A stretch of DNA of 63,265 nucleotides, counting the filler, from Basidiobolus ranarum (taxonomy: Eukaryota), in assembly GCA_040143965.1 (NCBI GenBank). It is 7 parts of 7 records of this genome, joined end to end, with 100 filler letters (N's around TTAATTAATTAA, not from the genome) between each part and the next. Parts side by side here need not be neighbours in the genome. Positions count along the whole stretch, not along the records: positions 18,146 to 27,107 come from JASJQH010000894.1; positions 27,208 to 36,152 come from JASJQH010000895.1; positions 36,253 to 45,192 come from JASJQH010000896.1; 4 more parts are not named here. The stretch is one strand, 5' to 3'. This document shows, piece after piece, positions 24,484 to 39,991 of this stretch. The notes beneath the pieces were generated by a model that was not told where the DNA came from, ran no database searches, and saw only the letters and a list, made by a program, of their open reading frames with translations. Made by a program: the position numbers and the translations under genes. Each line of letters begins with the position of its first letter. Position 1 is the stretch's first letter.

Positions 24484-27107
24484 ATGAGTATTTCTCCAGT
24501 CAGAACGGCTGTATTACGCTCTGCCAAAAATCCTATTGAAGTCATCATTCTATGTCTGATAGTCTTTTCCTGTGCTTACTATGCCATCTGGCATAATATA
24601 AGATACTCGAATCTTTTTGCTGAGCAGTTTCCTAAACAGAGCAATATAACCTTGGTTCATGTTGATAATCAATTCACCCCCATCAGCCAACTCGATGTTC
24701 ATAAATATGAAGGCATTCGACGCTTTCACCTGAAACAAGTACTGGTTTCTTCCTCAAAGTACACTTTAACCGAAGCCTCTAACATTGAAGTTACTCACGC
24801 CACTTTATCTTCTATTTCTGAACTGGACCAATATCTTTCTCAAAATGTGACTGTTTCGGATACTTCTGGATCTTATACTTATCAAAGCGACTTATGCTTC
24901 AAACTGGATGATTCTACATGCTTCAGCTCCAAGTCTGACCTCACAAACCTCAACTCTCCTACACATGTTCTTTCATATATTTTTGACAGTAATGATGAAG
25001 GAAAAGAAAGTCTCATCGCCCAATGGGAAGACAAAGCCTCAACCGCGCATGTCACCAACGTCGTTCCACCTACATTTTCCTCTGACGGTACAACTGCTCA
25101 TTGGTTAGTTACGTTACTCACTTACGGCTCTTTCAAGGTTAAAGAGCTAGTGGATCAAGCGAATAGTGCCGAAGTTACGCTAGTTCTGATCGCCTATGTG
25201 TTAATGCATGGAACAATTGCTCTATTATTCATTAATATGCGCGGTATTGGGTCGAAGATAACACTTGCTGTAGCTGTTTTGATGTCTAGTATATCTGCCT
25301 TTATACTAGCTCTTGTTACCGTCCGTGCTCTAGACATACCGATTAACCTCGTTATGCTGAGTGAAGCAATTCCGTTTTTGGTTATCACAATTGGCTTTGA
25401 AAAACCTCATACCCTAACAAAGGCCGTTTTATTTGCTAAAGGCTCTACGCAGGCTGAGACTACTGCCGATAGTGGAGAAGGTGCCATCACTTCTATCTCT
25501 GTCCAGGATAAAGTATTGTCCGGAGTCCAGAGCGTCAGTGGTGCTATCCTCAAGAGTTACTTTTTGGAGATTGCGTTGTTACTATGCGGTGCCTTTTCCA
25601 ATGTCCACGGTCTAAAAGAATTTTCCGCGTTGGCTGCTTTGATCCTTTTCTTCGATTGCATTTTTCTCTTCACTTTCTATACCGCCGTTCTAACCATTAA
25701 GCTTGATCTGATGCGTATTCGTGAAGAGAGAATCTATGGTGGTAAAAAAGGGCCTACCAATGCTAGTCCTGCTTTCATCAAACGTCTCACTATTGAAGCT
25801 CTCAAAGATAATGTTGGTGTTGATTCTGTGAAAAGACTCGAAAATCCCACTGTTGGTCGTATCAAGTTATTGATGATCTTTGGATTTTTGGCCACTCATA
25901 TTTTTAATATTTGCAGCCCGCTAAATAATGACTCCACCAAAGATTTTGCTGCTATTTCTCTTGACTTTGACGACCCCTCGATCCGTTCTAGCCTCGACCT
26001 TCTTCTCTCCAACCATCAAAGCAATAGTGCTCAGAATGGTCTTCCTCTTATTGTTGATATATCCGCCCCTTTGGTTTTCCGTCTTGTCAATTCTCAATCT
26101 GCCATTAGGGAACTGATGGAATCTGCTTACGTTATTGCCCACTTAATTGATTTGTATATGAAGGATACAATTGTTTATATCCTAACCTTCTTCTGCTTAG
26201 TGGCTTCCTTGATTTTCAATGCCTATTTGTACAATCTCTCCAAAACCGAAAGTTGTGAAGCAGAGTCCTATCCAACTTCTGCTACTACGGTACACCCTAC
26301 AGTTACAAATCAACCCCCAACACCGTCGATTGTGTCAACCTCCAAGACCCTGACTAAGACAGAGGTATCTACTGATGATATCATTCGACCGGTAGAGGAA
26401 TGCCTTAGTATTCTCAACTCAGAGTTAGGACCTCATGGACTGACCGACGCAGAAGTGCTGAACCTCGTTAGTAGTGGTAAGATTGCTCCTTATGCATTGG
26501 AAAAGGCTATGAAAGATCACGTTCGTGCCGTAAAGATCCGTCGTGCCTTGATCTCCCGTAGCTCAACTACGCAAACACTTGAAGACAGCCTATTGCCTGT
26601 TGAACATTATGACTATTCCAAAGTTACGGGGCAATGTTGTGAAAATGTCATAGGGTATATCCCAATTCCGGTGGGTATTGCTGGTCCCCTTAACATAGAT
26701 GGTCACTCTTACCATATTCCCATGGCCACTACTGAGGGATGTCTTATTGCTTCTACTGCTCGTGGTTGTAAGGCCATTAATGCTGGAGGAGGCTCTATAA
26801 CTATATTAACTAACGATGGAATGGCCAGAGGGCCTGTACTTCAATTTCCTAACATTACTCATGCAGGTGTTTGTAAGACCTGGGTCGAAGGAGAAGGATT
26901 CGAATTCATCGTATCTACGTTCAACTCGACCAGTCGTTTTGCTAAACTGACGAAACTCAAAGTTACATTAGCTGGGCGATTAATGTTCATTAGATTTGTA
27001 ACTACCACTGGTGACGCAATGGGCATGAACATGATATCCAAGGGGGTTGAAAAAGCTCTCATTGCTATGAAAGAACAATTTCCTGAGATGGAGATAATAT
27101 CGCTTAG
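24484..27107 (+). CDS. HMG1: HMG-CoA reductase (class I, membrane sterol-sensing domain), 3' truncated
   Basis: NPIEVI N-terminus, SSD (EAIPFLVITIGFEK) and catalytic motifs CCENVIGY, PMATTEGCL and TGDAMGMNM. No intron in the visible part. Confidence 0.97.
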
Positions 27108-27207
27108 NNNNNNNNNNNNNNNNNNNNNNNNNNNNNNNNNNNNNNNNNNNNTTAATTAATTAANNNNNNNNNNNNNNNNNNNNNNNNNNNNNNNNNNNNN
27201 NNNNNNN
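27108..27207. other. Artificial contig spacer
   Basis: N44-TTAATTAATTAA-N44. Confidence 0.99.
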
Positions 27208-28332
27208 ATATTGAAAAACATGACTGGTAGATGGCATACTTGGACTCTGGACACCAATGGTGGGATAACGGATGCAATAATAAAGATGCAAAATAGTGTC
27301 GCGTAGAGAATGAACAGATAAAATAGCTTGTAGTTTCCCCACCCTACGCATCGGTTGATCCTAAAGCAATTATTAGTAAATATTTTCGTTCGCCACTGCT
27401 TTAAAAATGATGTATTACCATGGACAGTGACTAAGTTATTTTCAATAAGATATAACATAAATACGTTAGCCAAGGGAAAATGCACTTAATAAATAAAACA
27501 GCTACTAACTGATCCATTTTCAGAACACACTTATCACACGTTGAGCAGTGGTGGCATCTCTCTGGCTTCATCGCATTGCAAGTATTGCAATACTTTGCTT
27601 TGGGTGGTGGTAGGGTTGCTATATTCTCAGGAGCAGTGGGTGGAGGTGAAAGTAGCGGTGGTGCTGGGCGTACCTCGCTTCCGGTCAAAGCCCGTTTCAC
27701 TGCCTCTGGATCATCGCTTCTCTGTGCTTGATCGCCAGTCGTGGAAGTGTTTGAACGGACTACAGTTAGGGCACTCAGTCCATGCATTTCATCCTTTTCT
27801 GATAAGTTAGGAGATTCTAGTTCCTCTACCCAAGGGTTACGATCTAGCTCGAAAGGATTTCTTGAGGAATGGGCAGCGTCTTCAAGGGACTATTTTCAAA
27901 CATAAGTATGGGCTAAAGGTGTGATAGGTGGGGTTGAAAAATTACCGTTTTAGGAGACCCAGCGTCCTTTGATGTCACTCTTATGTATGAGAAGACAAAA
28001 AGGAATAAGAAGGTATGATAAAGTACAATATAAGCGACTAAAAAATAAAACACAATCAGTGACCATTTAAACTTATCTATATGACGACAGAATAGAAAGA
28101 TCATAATACCAACCTCCTTGACCAACTGAGCCTTGCTTAATTAGGGGGACTTTGTGCAAAAAAGACAATTCAGCGTTATCAATATAAAGAGGTGAGAGTA
28201 AGAACCCTTATAATAAAACTACTTACTTGATAAACGAAATAAATGTACATAGAAAGTCCAACATAATAAAACAGACACAAAGGCAATGGGGAAATAGCCG
28301 TATAATTTTGTGAAAAGTGTCTTGTGTTCCAT
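27208..28332 (-). CDS. DHHC palmitoyl acyltransferase (Pfa3/ZDHHC2-like), multi-exon, 3' truncated
   Basis: YCNTCNAMKPERCHHCSTCDKCVLKMDH|HCPW|INRCVGWGNYKLF is assembled through a 12-nt exon at 27419-27430. Hydrophobic helices flank the domain. Confidence 0.93.
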
Positions 28333-31300
28333 TTAGAATTTACTCGAAGAAACTGAGACTAAGCTTTATACAGTCACTAGCGGAGATCAAGAGGAAAATG
28401 CGAGGAAAGAGTTTTCTTTGTCTTGAAGTTTGAGTTATAATAACAATTGTATAGTGATTGAGTAAGTTATCCTCTGATTACACTCGAGACTATTGATGGT
28501 GTCAGCGTGCTTTTCCTAGTTCAGTTTCTGGATCAAAAACACTTGAGAGATAGTTAATGAATGGTCTAAGAAGAAACTCGGGAAAACAGGAAAATAAAGT
28601 TTCATATGTTGCGGGGCTAAAAAGGCTATTAGAATAATCGAGCTAGTTAATATAGTTGTTGAGGAGTGAACCAAAAAGGATAAATGTGTAGGAGTTGACG
28701 GATTTTATGTAGGAAACATGCTCCGTCTCGGTAGCATCAATTGAAATCACTCTTCAGATCATATTGCCAAATAATGATGTTAATCTATGTAAATGAAATT
28801 GTGTTTATGATCAAATTACCTTGAAATGCGGATGTAAAGCAAACTGTCAATATAATCCTATCCACATCAGAAGGGGTAAAGAGGAAACCATTGCATCCGC
28901 CTTGCATCTATTTCCCCCGCATCGTTTGTTAATTCCAATAATGGCTGCGTACTACATTGTTCTACTGAGAAGACTATCAACACTGTTGATCGCTTAGTAT
29001 ATTCATGCTGCAAAGCATACAGTCAGGCCATTCCATCATTACTTTCTCATGGAAACCACAGTTTAGTGTGAGTCGAGGAGGAAGCCAGCCAATGACTGGT
29101 TGTTTCTCCACCTGCTAGATGCATTCTCTCTGGATAGAGCTTTGTGGCATTATAAATTTCACACTGGGAATGTTACATTGCATATACCACATAAGCATGG
29201 AAGCAAACATCAGCCACAGTGGAGTTGCATCCTACCATCATATCTTCAACCGGTGTGGAGCAACCTAAAGCCATATTATCCTTCTACACTTGTGGTGTAG
29301 GAATCATGTTGTTTTTACTCCAGGTCTTACTGAAAGTGGAGCTCCAAGTACTGGTTTATTAGTGGTGATATTGCTTGTTGCCAACTTAAAGTTCTTCGTT
29401 TGATTTTACAACCAAGCTACTGTTTCCCTAGTGTTGATACCTGATCTCATCACTAATGAAGCAAAGCGAGGGAATAGATTAATGCACGTCATAGGTGCTA
29501 TCATCTAGGGGAGAGATCGGGAGTAGGCTCAGGGGAAGTAGGAGTCAGGAAAACTGTCTAATTGTCTTCAGTTAGTATGTAGGCAACTATAGAACCTATG
29601 TATACGAAAACAGTTATTGTTCCGCAAAAGATTTGTCTCCATATGCCTTTGTTCTGATAAAGCATATAAGACTCAAGTTCACAATCCGAATACTACGTAA
29701 TGATTTGTCTAATACACCATTCAACGAAATCCGGGGGCAGAGTGCATCGTAATCAGGAATATGTGTTTAAAGAAAGAGCGTATGACTACTAGAGCAAGCT
29801 TAACACAGCTCTCACCGGATATTCAGCGCCATTTCATTTGGATAAGCCATACTAATAAGTCTCACGTTATAATCCAAGCCACTTACGGGTTAGTGTCACA
29901 CAAGGCTGTAAACGGATGGTATAGAAGTATTGTATGAGGCATACTAGGTTTATATGACTATAAAATCACACCTTTCCAAGTACCTATTTACTGCTTTGTA
30001 GTTCAACTGTCGTTATTGGAGTGGCGATATTTGAAGATATTAAAGTCAACAGATGGGTTCGCCTCGGGGGGCGCGGAACGGCATAATTGGCGAGTTGAAA
30101 TGATTTTTGCCTATTCCCAAGGAGATAGCTGTATAATACTAAAATCCAAGGACTAAGATTCTTCTACATGTTTGCATTAGTCATTCTCTAGTTCTAATTT
30201 GTACTTATATGCAGCTGTAAGACTGATCGAACAATATGAATATTTGCTTGGCCTGTCATGATACCCATTGTTGAAGTCACTTTAATTAATTTAGTTAGTT
30301 GGCTACATTTCAAAATGTTGACGATTGCACTGTGCCATTAAAAATTGCCATTTTCATTTTTATAAATAGGATTCCCTGCACATGATGAGGAATATACCAC
30401 CCTAGGCTTACCCTATTGGACTCGGCTCCATTGTTCTAAACCTCGAATTGGTATGTTATTATTCTGACTTCTGTTTGCTGACAATATGATTTTGCTAGCA
30501 GTTTCACAATCCAATATTCTCTCTATGTTGTATTTTGTATTTGCTAGTGTAGCACTGTCAACTAGAAGCTCTGGTTGCTCATCAATTCTTAGTATAGTCC
30601 ATTGATGCAATTGATTACATTTAAAAGTAATAAGAACCCCTAGACCAATTTTGACACTTAACTCCAGATTTACTGTTGCATTCAGTGGCTCCTTGTTGCA
30701 CTGAATAATATGGTCAACATGCATTATCTAGCCTCATCATTAACATGAAACTGGTTAAATGGTATTAGAGTCAATTCAATTCAAAGGGTAGAGTTAGGCA
30801 TTATAATAATCATACTTCATGTCCAGTATAGACTATGACTATGTAAATATAGTGACTGCTGAAATAAGTCAGAATAGTATTTGGTGTTTTGAATAAATCA
30901 CAAAGAAAACTTGTGTACCTGCTTTTCATCTACTGTAGTACATAGCAATGTAGCAATATATTTGGTAACCATGTCAAGAAGTCGCAAGTAACTTGCTCTT
31001 GAATTGGAAGCTATCCATAAATTAATAGTGGAATTTGGGTGTAGCTACTGCAGAGTGGTGTTTTGAAGATACTATGAAAACTATGGAAATGCCGTCTGCT
31101 TTGTATTAATATTCCTAGCATAATAGGATCTTAGCCATACTACAAGTGCTATGTCTCTGTTACTAAGTAACTATCTCTTAATACGAGTTGGACTACACAG
31201 TTTGTATATCTTCTTCAAACTTATAGCAGATAGAATGCATGGTCAAGTAGGTGATATTTTCCATTCTCCAATGCAATTCAACAATGCGAGAAAAATCAGA

Positions 31301-32021
31301 GACATCGAGTGGAAGCTTGCAGCGCAGATGTTGCATTAATGTGCTTAAACTCTTCCAAGTTGCGGGTTTGCTTGGCAATCAATACCTAGTACAACAACTA
31401 TGACGCAATTGCTTTACTTGGATCAATATCTTCGTAAGGTGGCATTGTCTTAAATAAATAACGGCAATTTGGATTTCGTTGCTAGTTCCAGCGTGTGGGG
31501 TTATTGATCTAGACCGGATATATACCGGAATACAGGAAATTAATCACCCAGCAGAGTTTATATTGATTCTTGTAAACATTCATAATATAGATATTTCCCG
31601 CTTTATAAAATGTAAAGGACTGGCTTGATTTGACTATCTTAGTGGCACCTCAGCGTGGCTAGTAATTACTTGGAATGACCAGAATGCTACTCTCGTGTCT
31701 ATTTACCACTGCCATAGTTGGTTGGAATAGTGGGGGAAGGTTACTTTTATGGTATTCCTCAGATGGTTCTGATTTTGACTCACATTATAGCTACACAGAG
31801 ACTATTAAAAGTGGAGTTGAAGCGAGTAGGAGAAACTGGTCCCATCTCGACTATCGATTATGACGATAAGGCTTACAAAACCCTTTCACGAACAATCCTC
31901 TTCGGGTGATATGCTTATGAGCTCCTGGATTTGAAAGAAACCAAGCCTCTCCCTTATTGCATATATAAAGACCAAGGATCCGAAGTTGGATTTACATACA
32001 AAGTCATTATTTATTCTACAA

Positions 32022-33583
32022 ATGGGTGAGGCAAAGCTAGATTCGGCTACAGGTACTTGTATCAAGAGTCCTCATGACTCTCGAAACATCAGCTATCCTA
32101 CATACACCTTGTTCTGCGTAATGATTGCTTGCATCGTGATGTTCTGCAGTGGGTTTAACACTTCTTCTACTAATATCAGTGAGTAAAGCCTGCCTTTATC
32201 CATACTATCAAGTGCTTGCTGACTTTAATTCTTTCTCTAGCTTCTGACGCTATTCGCAACTGTGACCAATCAAATGAGAAGTTGAGCGGTACTTTTCCTT
32301 ACTGCTTCAATATGGGCTCTTGGTTGTGGGGCTTCGCTGTTGGTAGTGGTGCTCTCGGTGGCACAATAGGTAGTATGTGTGCTGGTTATGCCCAGGAAAG
32401 ATTCGGCCGCCGTAATGCTCTTTTGATCAACAACTTTTTCTTCGTTCTGGGTGGTATTTTGATTGGCTGCTCTATCAATCCTGGTATGTGGACTGCTGGT
32501 CGTTTTTTCATGGGCTTCTCTTGTGGCTATGGCGGAGTGGTCTTGCCCACTTACATTGGTGAAATTGCTCCAACCAAGACTAGAGGTACACTCGGATCTA
32601 TCAACCAATTTTATACAGTGATCGGTATTGTCGTCGTTTTATGTATGAGCTTGGGTATGTCCACACCCGTCGGCTGGAGAGTATTGGTTGCGCTTCCGGG
32701 TGCTTTCGGACTTGTCCAGGCGATCTTAATACCATTGTGTGTTGAAACCCCACGGTATCTTGTTTCAAGAGGGCGTCTGGAAGAAGCAAGAGCCGCTTTG
32801 GTCAGATTAAGAAGTGGATACGATATTGAGGCAGAGTTTGAAGAAATTGTTCAAGCCCGGGAGGCTGCCAAAGATCTTCCCAAGAGTCTCGGTTTCGGGG
32901 AAATTATGAAAGACCCTTACTGCAGAAAGAATTTTTTTATCTCCATTGGTATCAGTCTTCTTCAACAATGGTCCGGCATTAACGGTGTGATGTACTATTC
33001 TACTTCTATCTTTACCGATATTTACAGTGACACTGCTAAATATGTCACTGTGGGTCTCTGTTGTCTAAACGTTGTCATGACCATCATTTCCGTTGCTTTA
33101 ATCGATCGTGCGGGTAGAAAAATCTTATTGCTTGTTTCCAGCGGTGGCTCCGCTATCTTCTGCGTTCTGATGTGCGTTGGCCTACAGGTGCCCAGCAATG
33201 GTCTAACAGTAGCAGCTAGTAAGTATTTGATTACATTCCATCATTCTGCATTAAATGTCACTAATTTACCTTTTTTCAAAGTTATGATGTTTGTTGGCTC
33301 CTTTGCTATTGGCCTTGGTTCTATTCCTTTCCTTATCATGAGCGAATTGATGCCAACCAATGCTATCTCCACCACCACCAGCTTCACTCTCACAGTCAAT
33401 TGGCTCTCTAATTTTGTCATCGGTCTCATATTCCCCACTCTCTCTGACGCTATGCACGGCTACGTCTTCATCATTTTTGCTTCATGCTGTGCTATAGGTT
33501 TCTTGGGAGTTCTCTTTTTCGTTCGTGAAACCAAGGGAAAGAGTATTGAAGAGTTGACTTCTGAAAGCCATAACAAGAATTAA
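32022..33583 (+). CDS. MFS sugar porter (GLUT-like hexose transporter); introns 32179-32240 and 33219-33281
   Basis: Motifs ERFGRR, GEIAPTKTRG, VETPRYL, QQWSGINGVMYYS, IDRAGRK and RETKGKSIEE, with about 12 hydrophobic segments. Confidence 0.95.
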
Positions 33584-35186
33584 TCATTCGACCATCATTT
33601 CACATTCCTTTAGAGATATGTATATTTTAGGATTATCACCAAATAAACTTCTACATATTCAGGTCCATTATGGTTAGTGAAAATGGCGAAAAATTATATA
33701 CTAGAATAATTGTGAGCGCCGGGGGTTGACTGTGAGAATGTGCACCGCTCTAACTATACTTTTCGTAATGGGTATGCTCTAAGTACTTAGAGCAGGGACT
33801 ACAACGCTAATATTAGAAAGAAGAGTGCATCTATCAGCACTTATGTCTCCTTCTTGGTTGAAAAACAGCGCTTGGTGCCATTTACACAGTAGAGGCCGAT
33901 GCTAGATCTGCCAAATTGACCTCTACGCTTGGAAGATGAAGAGATGGGAACATTGGCAGTAGTGCAATGAGTTCGATCGCAACAGTTTGACTTGAGAGAA
34001 AACAGAATGCATCGATATTGATACGGTGGTTCAAGACCTTAGATTTGGATAGCCAGTTGTTGGTTTCCATTAAAAGAAGTGTCAGTTGGTATTCCATGGC
34101 AGTATTTAATATTTCAATCAAATTCATTAAATCACCACCGAGTACATTATTTACCAGTCGCAGATCTCTAACCAGGTAAATCCATTTATCTCAGCTTTCT
34201 ACTGACCCGTGATGAACACATTCTTGGTTACAAGTTTTCCAAACAAGCGCAATATGGTTTCATATTCTGTCACCAGGTACTCATCCCTTGTGAATTATCC
34301 TGGGGAGGATTATTGATTTGCCTATATAAATCAGGTACTCGCTATCATCGTGTGTTACCAATATTGCTATTGTAGTTTTAAGTGGTTGTCGGGTTAGTTC
34401 CAGTGTTGGGAACAGCAACCGTCTCGTGTAACTCGGCTATATGTTTACCAAGCAGCATAAGGATTCGACTGAGTTGAAGAAGAGCTTTCACCGCTTTGAT
34501 GCAAGTTTATGAAAATCATTTGCCACAAGCAAATTAAGTCGCTGAAGCAATCGCTGCCTCCCATAAACTGGCATTTGTTTACTCTCATATTCTGGTTATA
34601 GAATAAGCCACAATTGTTGAGAATACGTCCATTAACTGTGCAATCAGACTTCCGAGAATGAGTGATTGACAATATTTCATTAGATTATTAATGGTACGGT
34701 AGTGTGGTGATGGTTTTGGGTTCCATTTGTACTGCCGATTCAGATGTAACTTCCCAATCATTATTTTGAGCACATGTTCAACCTATTACTGAATGTTTGA
34801 AAAATAATCCAAACTCAAAACAAATGTCAACCTCAGTCCATACATTATTCTGTTATGCCCAATGTGGCAGTTTCTCTGTCTGATGAAATCAGGCCAGCAT
34901 TCCTTTTCTAGTATTTCTAATACAGCATCACTCTGTTATATTTAATTACTTCTGTCTTTGTAAAATACCTCTTGATAATAGAAGCTGTATGGAAACTATA
35001 CTGCGGTAATGTTGCAAAAAGCACTATCCTAGGGTTTGGCAGAGAGGGGTGATCATCACACCTGTGTGTGGGGCTTTATGGAGAATTGGGGTAGTATCAC
35101 AAAGAAACTTCAATAATTTTGAAATGGTAAAGCTGACTTTCTTGTAGATATTGGTTGCATCCACTCCATTTTATTGAGGTAATTAT

Positions 35187-35377
35187 TGTTGAAGTTACCA
35201 TTGCCTAAACATCTATAGTCATATATAGCATAGTATCTAGTTATTCTATATTGAACTTACACAATATTCTTATCAGAAATTTACTTAGTGGTTTGAAGAT
35301 ATATAAATCTTGATCACTTGTACTAGAGGCCCTGAACTTTGCACACATGGTCCTGGGACATTCCTCAACAAACCATC
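35187..35377 (+). mobile_element. Partial older LTR copy, apparently interrupted by the adjacent element
   Basis: Begins TGTTGA and aligns to the first ~210 nt of the LTR at 35378 (shared CATTGCCTAAACA, TAGTCATATATAGC, AACTTTGCACACATG..CTGGGAC). Confidence 0.8.
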
Positions 35378-36152
35378 TGCTGAAATTAGCATTGCCTAAA
35401 CACCTATATAGTCATATATAGCTTAGTACTTAGTTATCTTATATTGAACTAAGATATTTTCCATTATTCTCAATCAGAATGTACTTAGAATATTGACACC
35501 AACTTAGAAGTTCTTAGATATATATATCTTTCAAACTTGTGCTAGAAGCCCCAACTTTGCACACATGTTTCTGGGACCTTCCTTGACACACTCAACTTGT
35601 CAGTCTGCTTACATCTTGACAAAACTATAAATGCCAACTTTCTACTCAATGAATCAGTAAGTCAAAACCACCAATTCCTCTAATTCTCCAAGCCACTTCC
35701 AACAGGCTCTTGAATACTTTAACAGGTTATGAGCCCCAAGCTTGCACTCTCTGTAATGTCTACTTCTCAAATTTATGGAACTTTTCCCTCTTCTAAAAAT
35801 TGGATGGAATCAGTTATCAAGTTTGGAAAATTTAAATTCAAATACTGCTGCAAGAAAAAAAACTTTTGGACACTGTTGTAGGAGAAGAAAACAATGCAAA
35901 AGTATCTGAAACCAAAGTTCTACTCCAGGTTAAAAAAGAACAAAGTGCCTTTAACACAATTTGTCTTAATATCAAAGACAAATTGCTAATTCAATGATCA
36001 AGAGCTAAAACTGCCAAGAAGGTAAGGAAAGCCTTGGAAGACATCTACCAAACTAGTTCTGCTGCCAACAAGATGTTTCTAAGAAGACAATTCTTTAACT
36101 TAAAGATGAAGCCAGGAGAAGACATTAAATCACTAATTAATAGAGTTACTAT
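35378..36152 (+). mobile_element. Ty1/copia LTR retrotransposon 5' end: LTR 35378-35724, PBS 35725-35736, decayed gag from ~35756; truncated by contig end
   Basis: A TG...AACA LTR homologous to the solo LTRs elsewhere is followed directly by GGTTATGAGCCC. The gag-like peptide KLDGISYQVWK...AFNTICLNIKD...ALEDIYQTSSAANKMFLRRQFFNLKMKPGEDI has frameshifts and an in-frame stop. Confidence 0.9.
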
Positions 36153-36252
36153 NNNNNNNNNNNNNNNNNNNNNNNNNNNNNNNNNNNNNNNNNNNNTTAA
36201 TTAATTAANNNNNNNNNNNNNNNNNNNNNNNNNNNNNNNNNNNNNNNNNNNN
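36153..36252. other. Artificial contig spacer
   Basis: N44-TTAATTAATTAA-N44. Confidence 0.99.
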
Positions 36253-37756
36253 TAGATATCACTTGAAAGCAATATGTCTCGAGAGAGCATTTGGTCTCCA
36301 TTAGTGTATTGCCCATATAGCCTTCTGAATTGGTGTGATAGTCATTCATTGCACTTATATTCTTCTTGATTATTGACAACAAGAGAAGTGATGTAGTTCA
36401 GCTGGTTATTATCTCGTAACATCTCCCTAGGAGTGGATCTACGCCCTTGATTCGAAGATCATTCTCCAACAGAGCTATCTCTTTGCTTATTTCTACCCGA
36501 CTGCGTTAACCCTCACCGAAGGTATCGGACGCCTCTAAATATAATTCAGGAGATACCACAACTTCTGTTGTTGCTCCATCTGTGATTGCTAAGTCTTTGC
36601 CACTTAATGATAATGCGAACCGGGAAGTCAGAGATATTTGTGTATTAAATAGTTAGATTCAACGATTGGACCTAGTATCATAATTTCAATTATAAGAAAA
36701 CCATTCTAAATATCTGGCAATGTTGTAATGGTTATCTTTCCTGAAGATGGCCGTTTGGTTGTAGCTACTCCCAACATATACGATTAGCCAGATCTTAAAC
36801 AAGTCAGCTAACCCGATTATATCACTTTGCTAGCATTAAAACTTGTTTGCACGTAAATTTATTTTTAATGCTCTATTTTTAGTACTACGGATTGTATTAT
36901 CGCAGCGATCATTCAAAATTAATTCCATATCACTGAAACCTCTCAATTCTAAAACCTTGTCCTGATTAGGGTCCATGTTTCAGTTAATGTTTGCAGTAAA
37001 TCCAGATAGCGGATACTTCAGATATTATGTCCTCTCTTGGGATACAACGATAGTATGCATAGCATCACTGAAACCTCGCCTGGTTTCAGATTAATATATT
37101 CTCTGAGTATCTAGATATCGGATACCTCTTCAAAATTTAATTCCCTTAGGTATCTCATTATATCCTGTCTCATCCCAGATTAACGTGGTAAAACTTTATC
37201 TGACGAAATCTCGTGTGACAGTCATGTCGTGGATGAGCAAAAGTGAGGAATGGGATATATGTGTGCTCAGGAAAGTTTATGGCACAATGTTAAAGCTTCA
37301 CACGGGAAACCAGCTGAGCGTTAATAGAGGAGAGTTTTTATCGAACTGTCTTTCCACATTTATGCACTTATCACGCCTGCTGGCGAAGACGAGCAAGAAT
37401 CTCGTCTAGAAAACGCTAGCACAAATGACTATGAATTTCTTAAGGTACCATCCGCGTGTACTAGTAGAGACAGTCAGTAGAATGGTTATGGCATTATCGG
37501 CATATAATGCCAAATAAGTGACACAAAAGAAAGATAATTGGGATTTCTTTTGAATCAGAAAGTCGTTGAAAATGTGGATGCAACTGTTTGGATTAGTAAG
37601 CCTGCCAAAACTCTGCAACTGAAACATCTATCATCATTTCGATATTGGTGATCAAGATGATTAGAAGGCTGTACACTAACTGCCCGGCCGATGGAAATAC
37701 CACCATGGCTGAACTCGCATTACCTTTTACCTATGACCAGTACGCTTCCAATATAA

Positions 37757-39991
<2,235 letters not shown>

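Noticed and set aside
34445-34773. Short minus-strand ORFs near the LTRs as TE protein remnants
   Set aside because: No recognisable motif.
37419-37528. CACAAA(A/T) Ndt80-like sites upstream of GFA1
   Set aside because: Short AT-rich motif that is frequent by chance in this composition.
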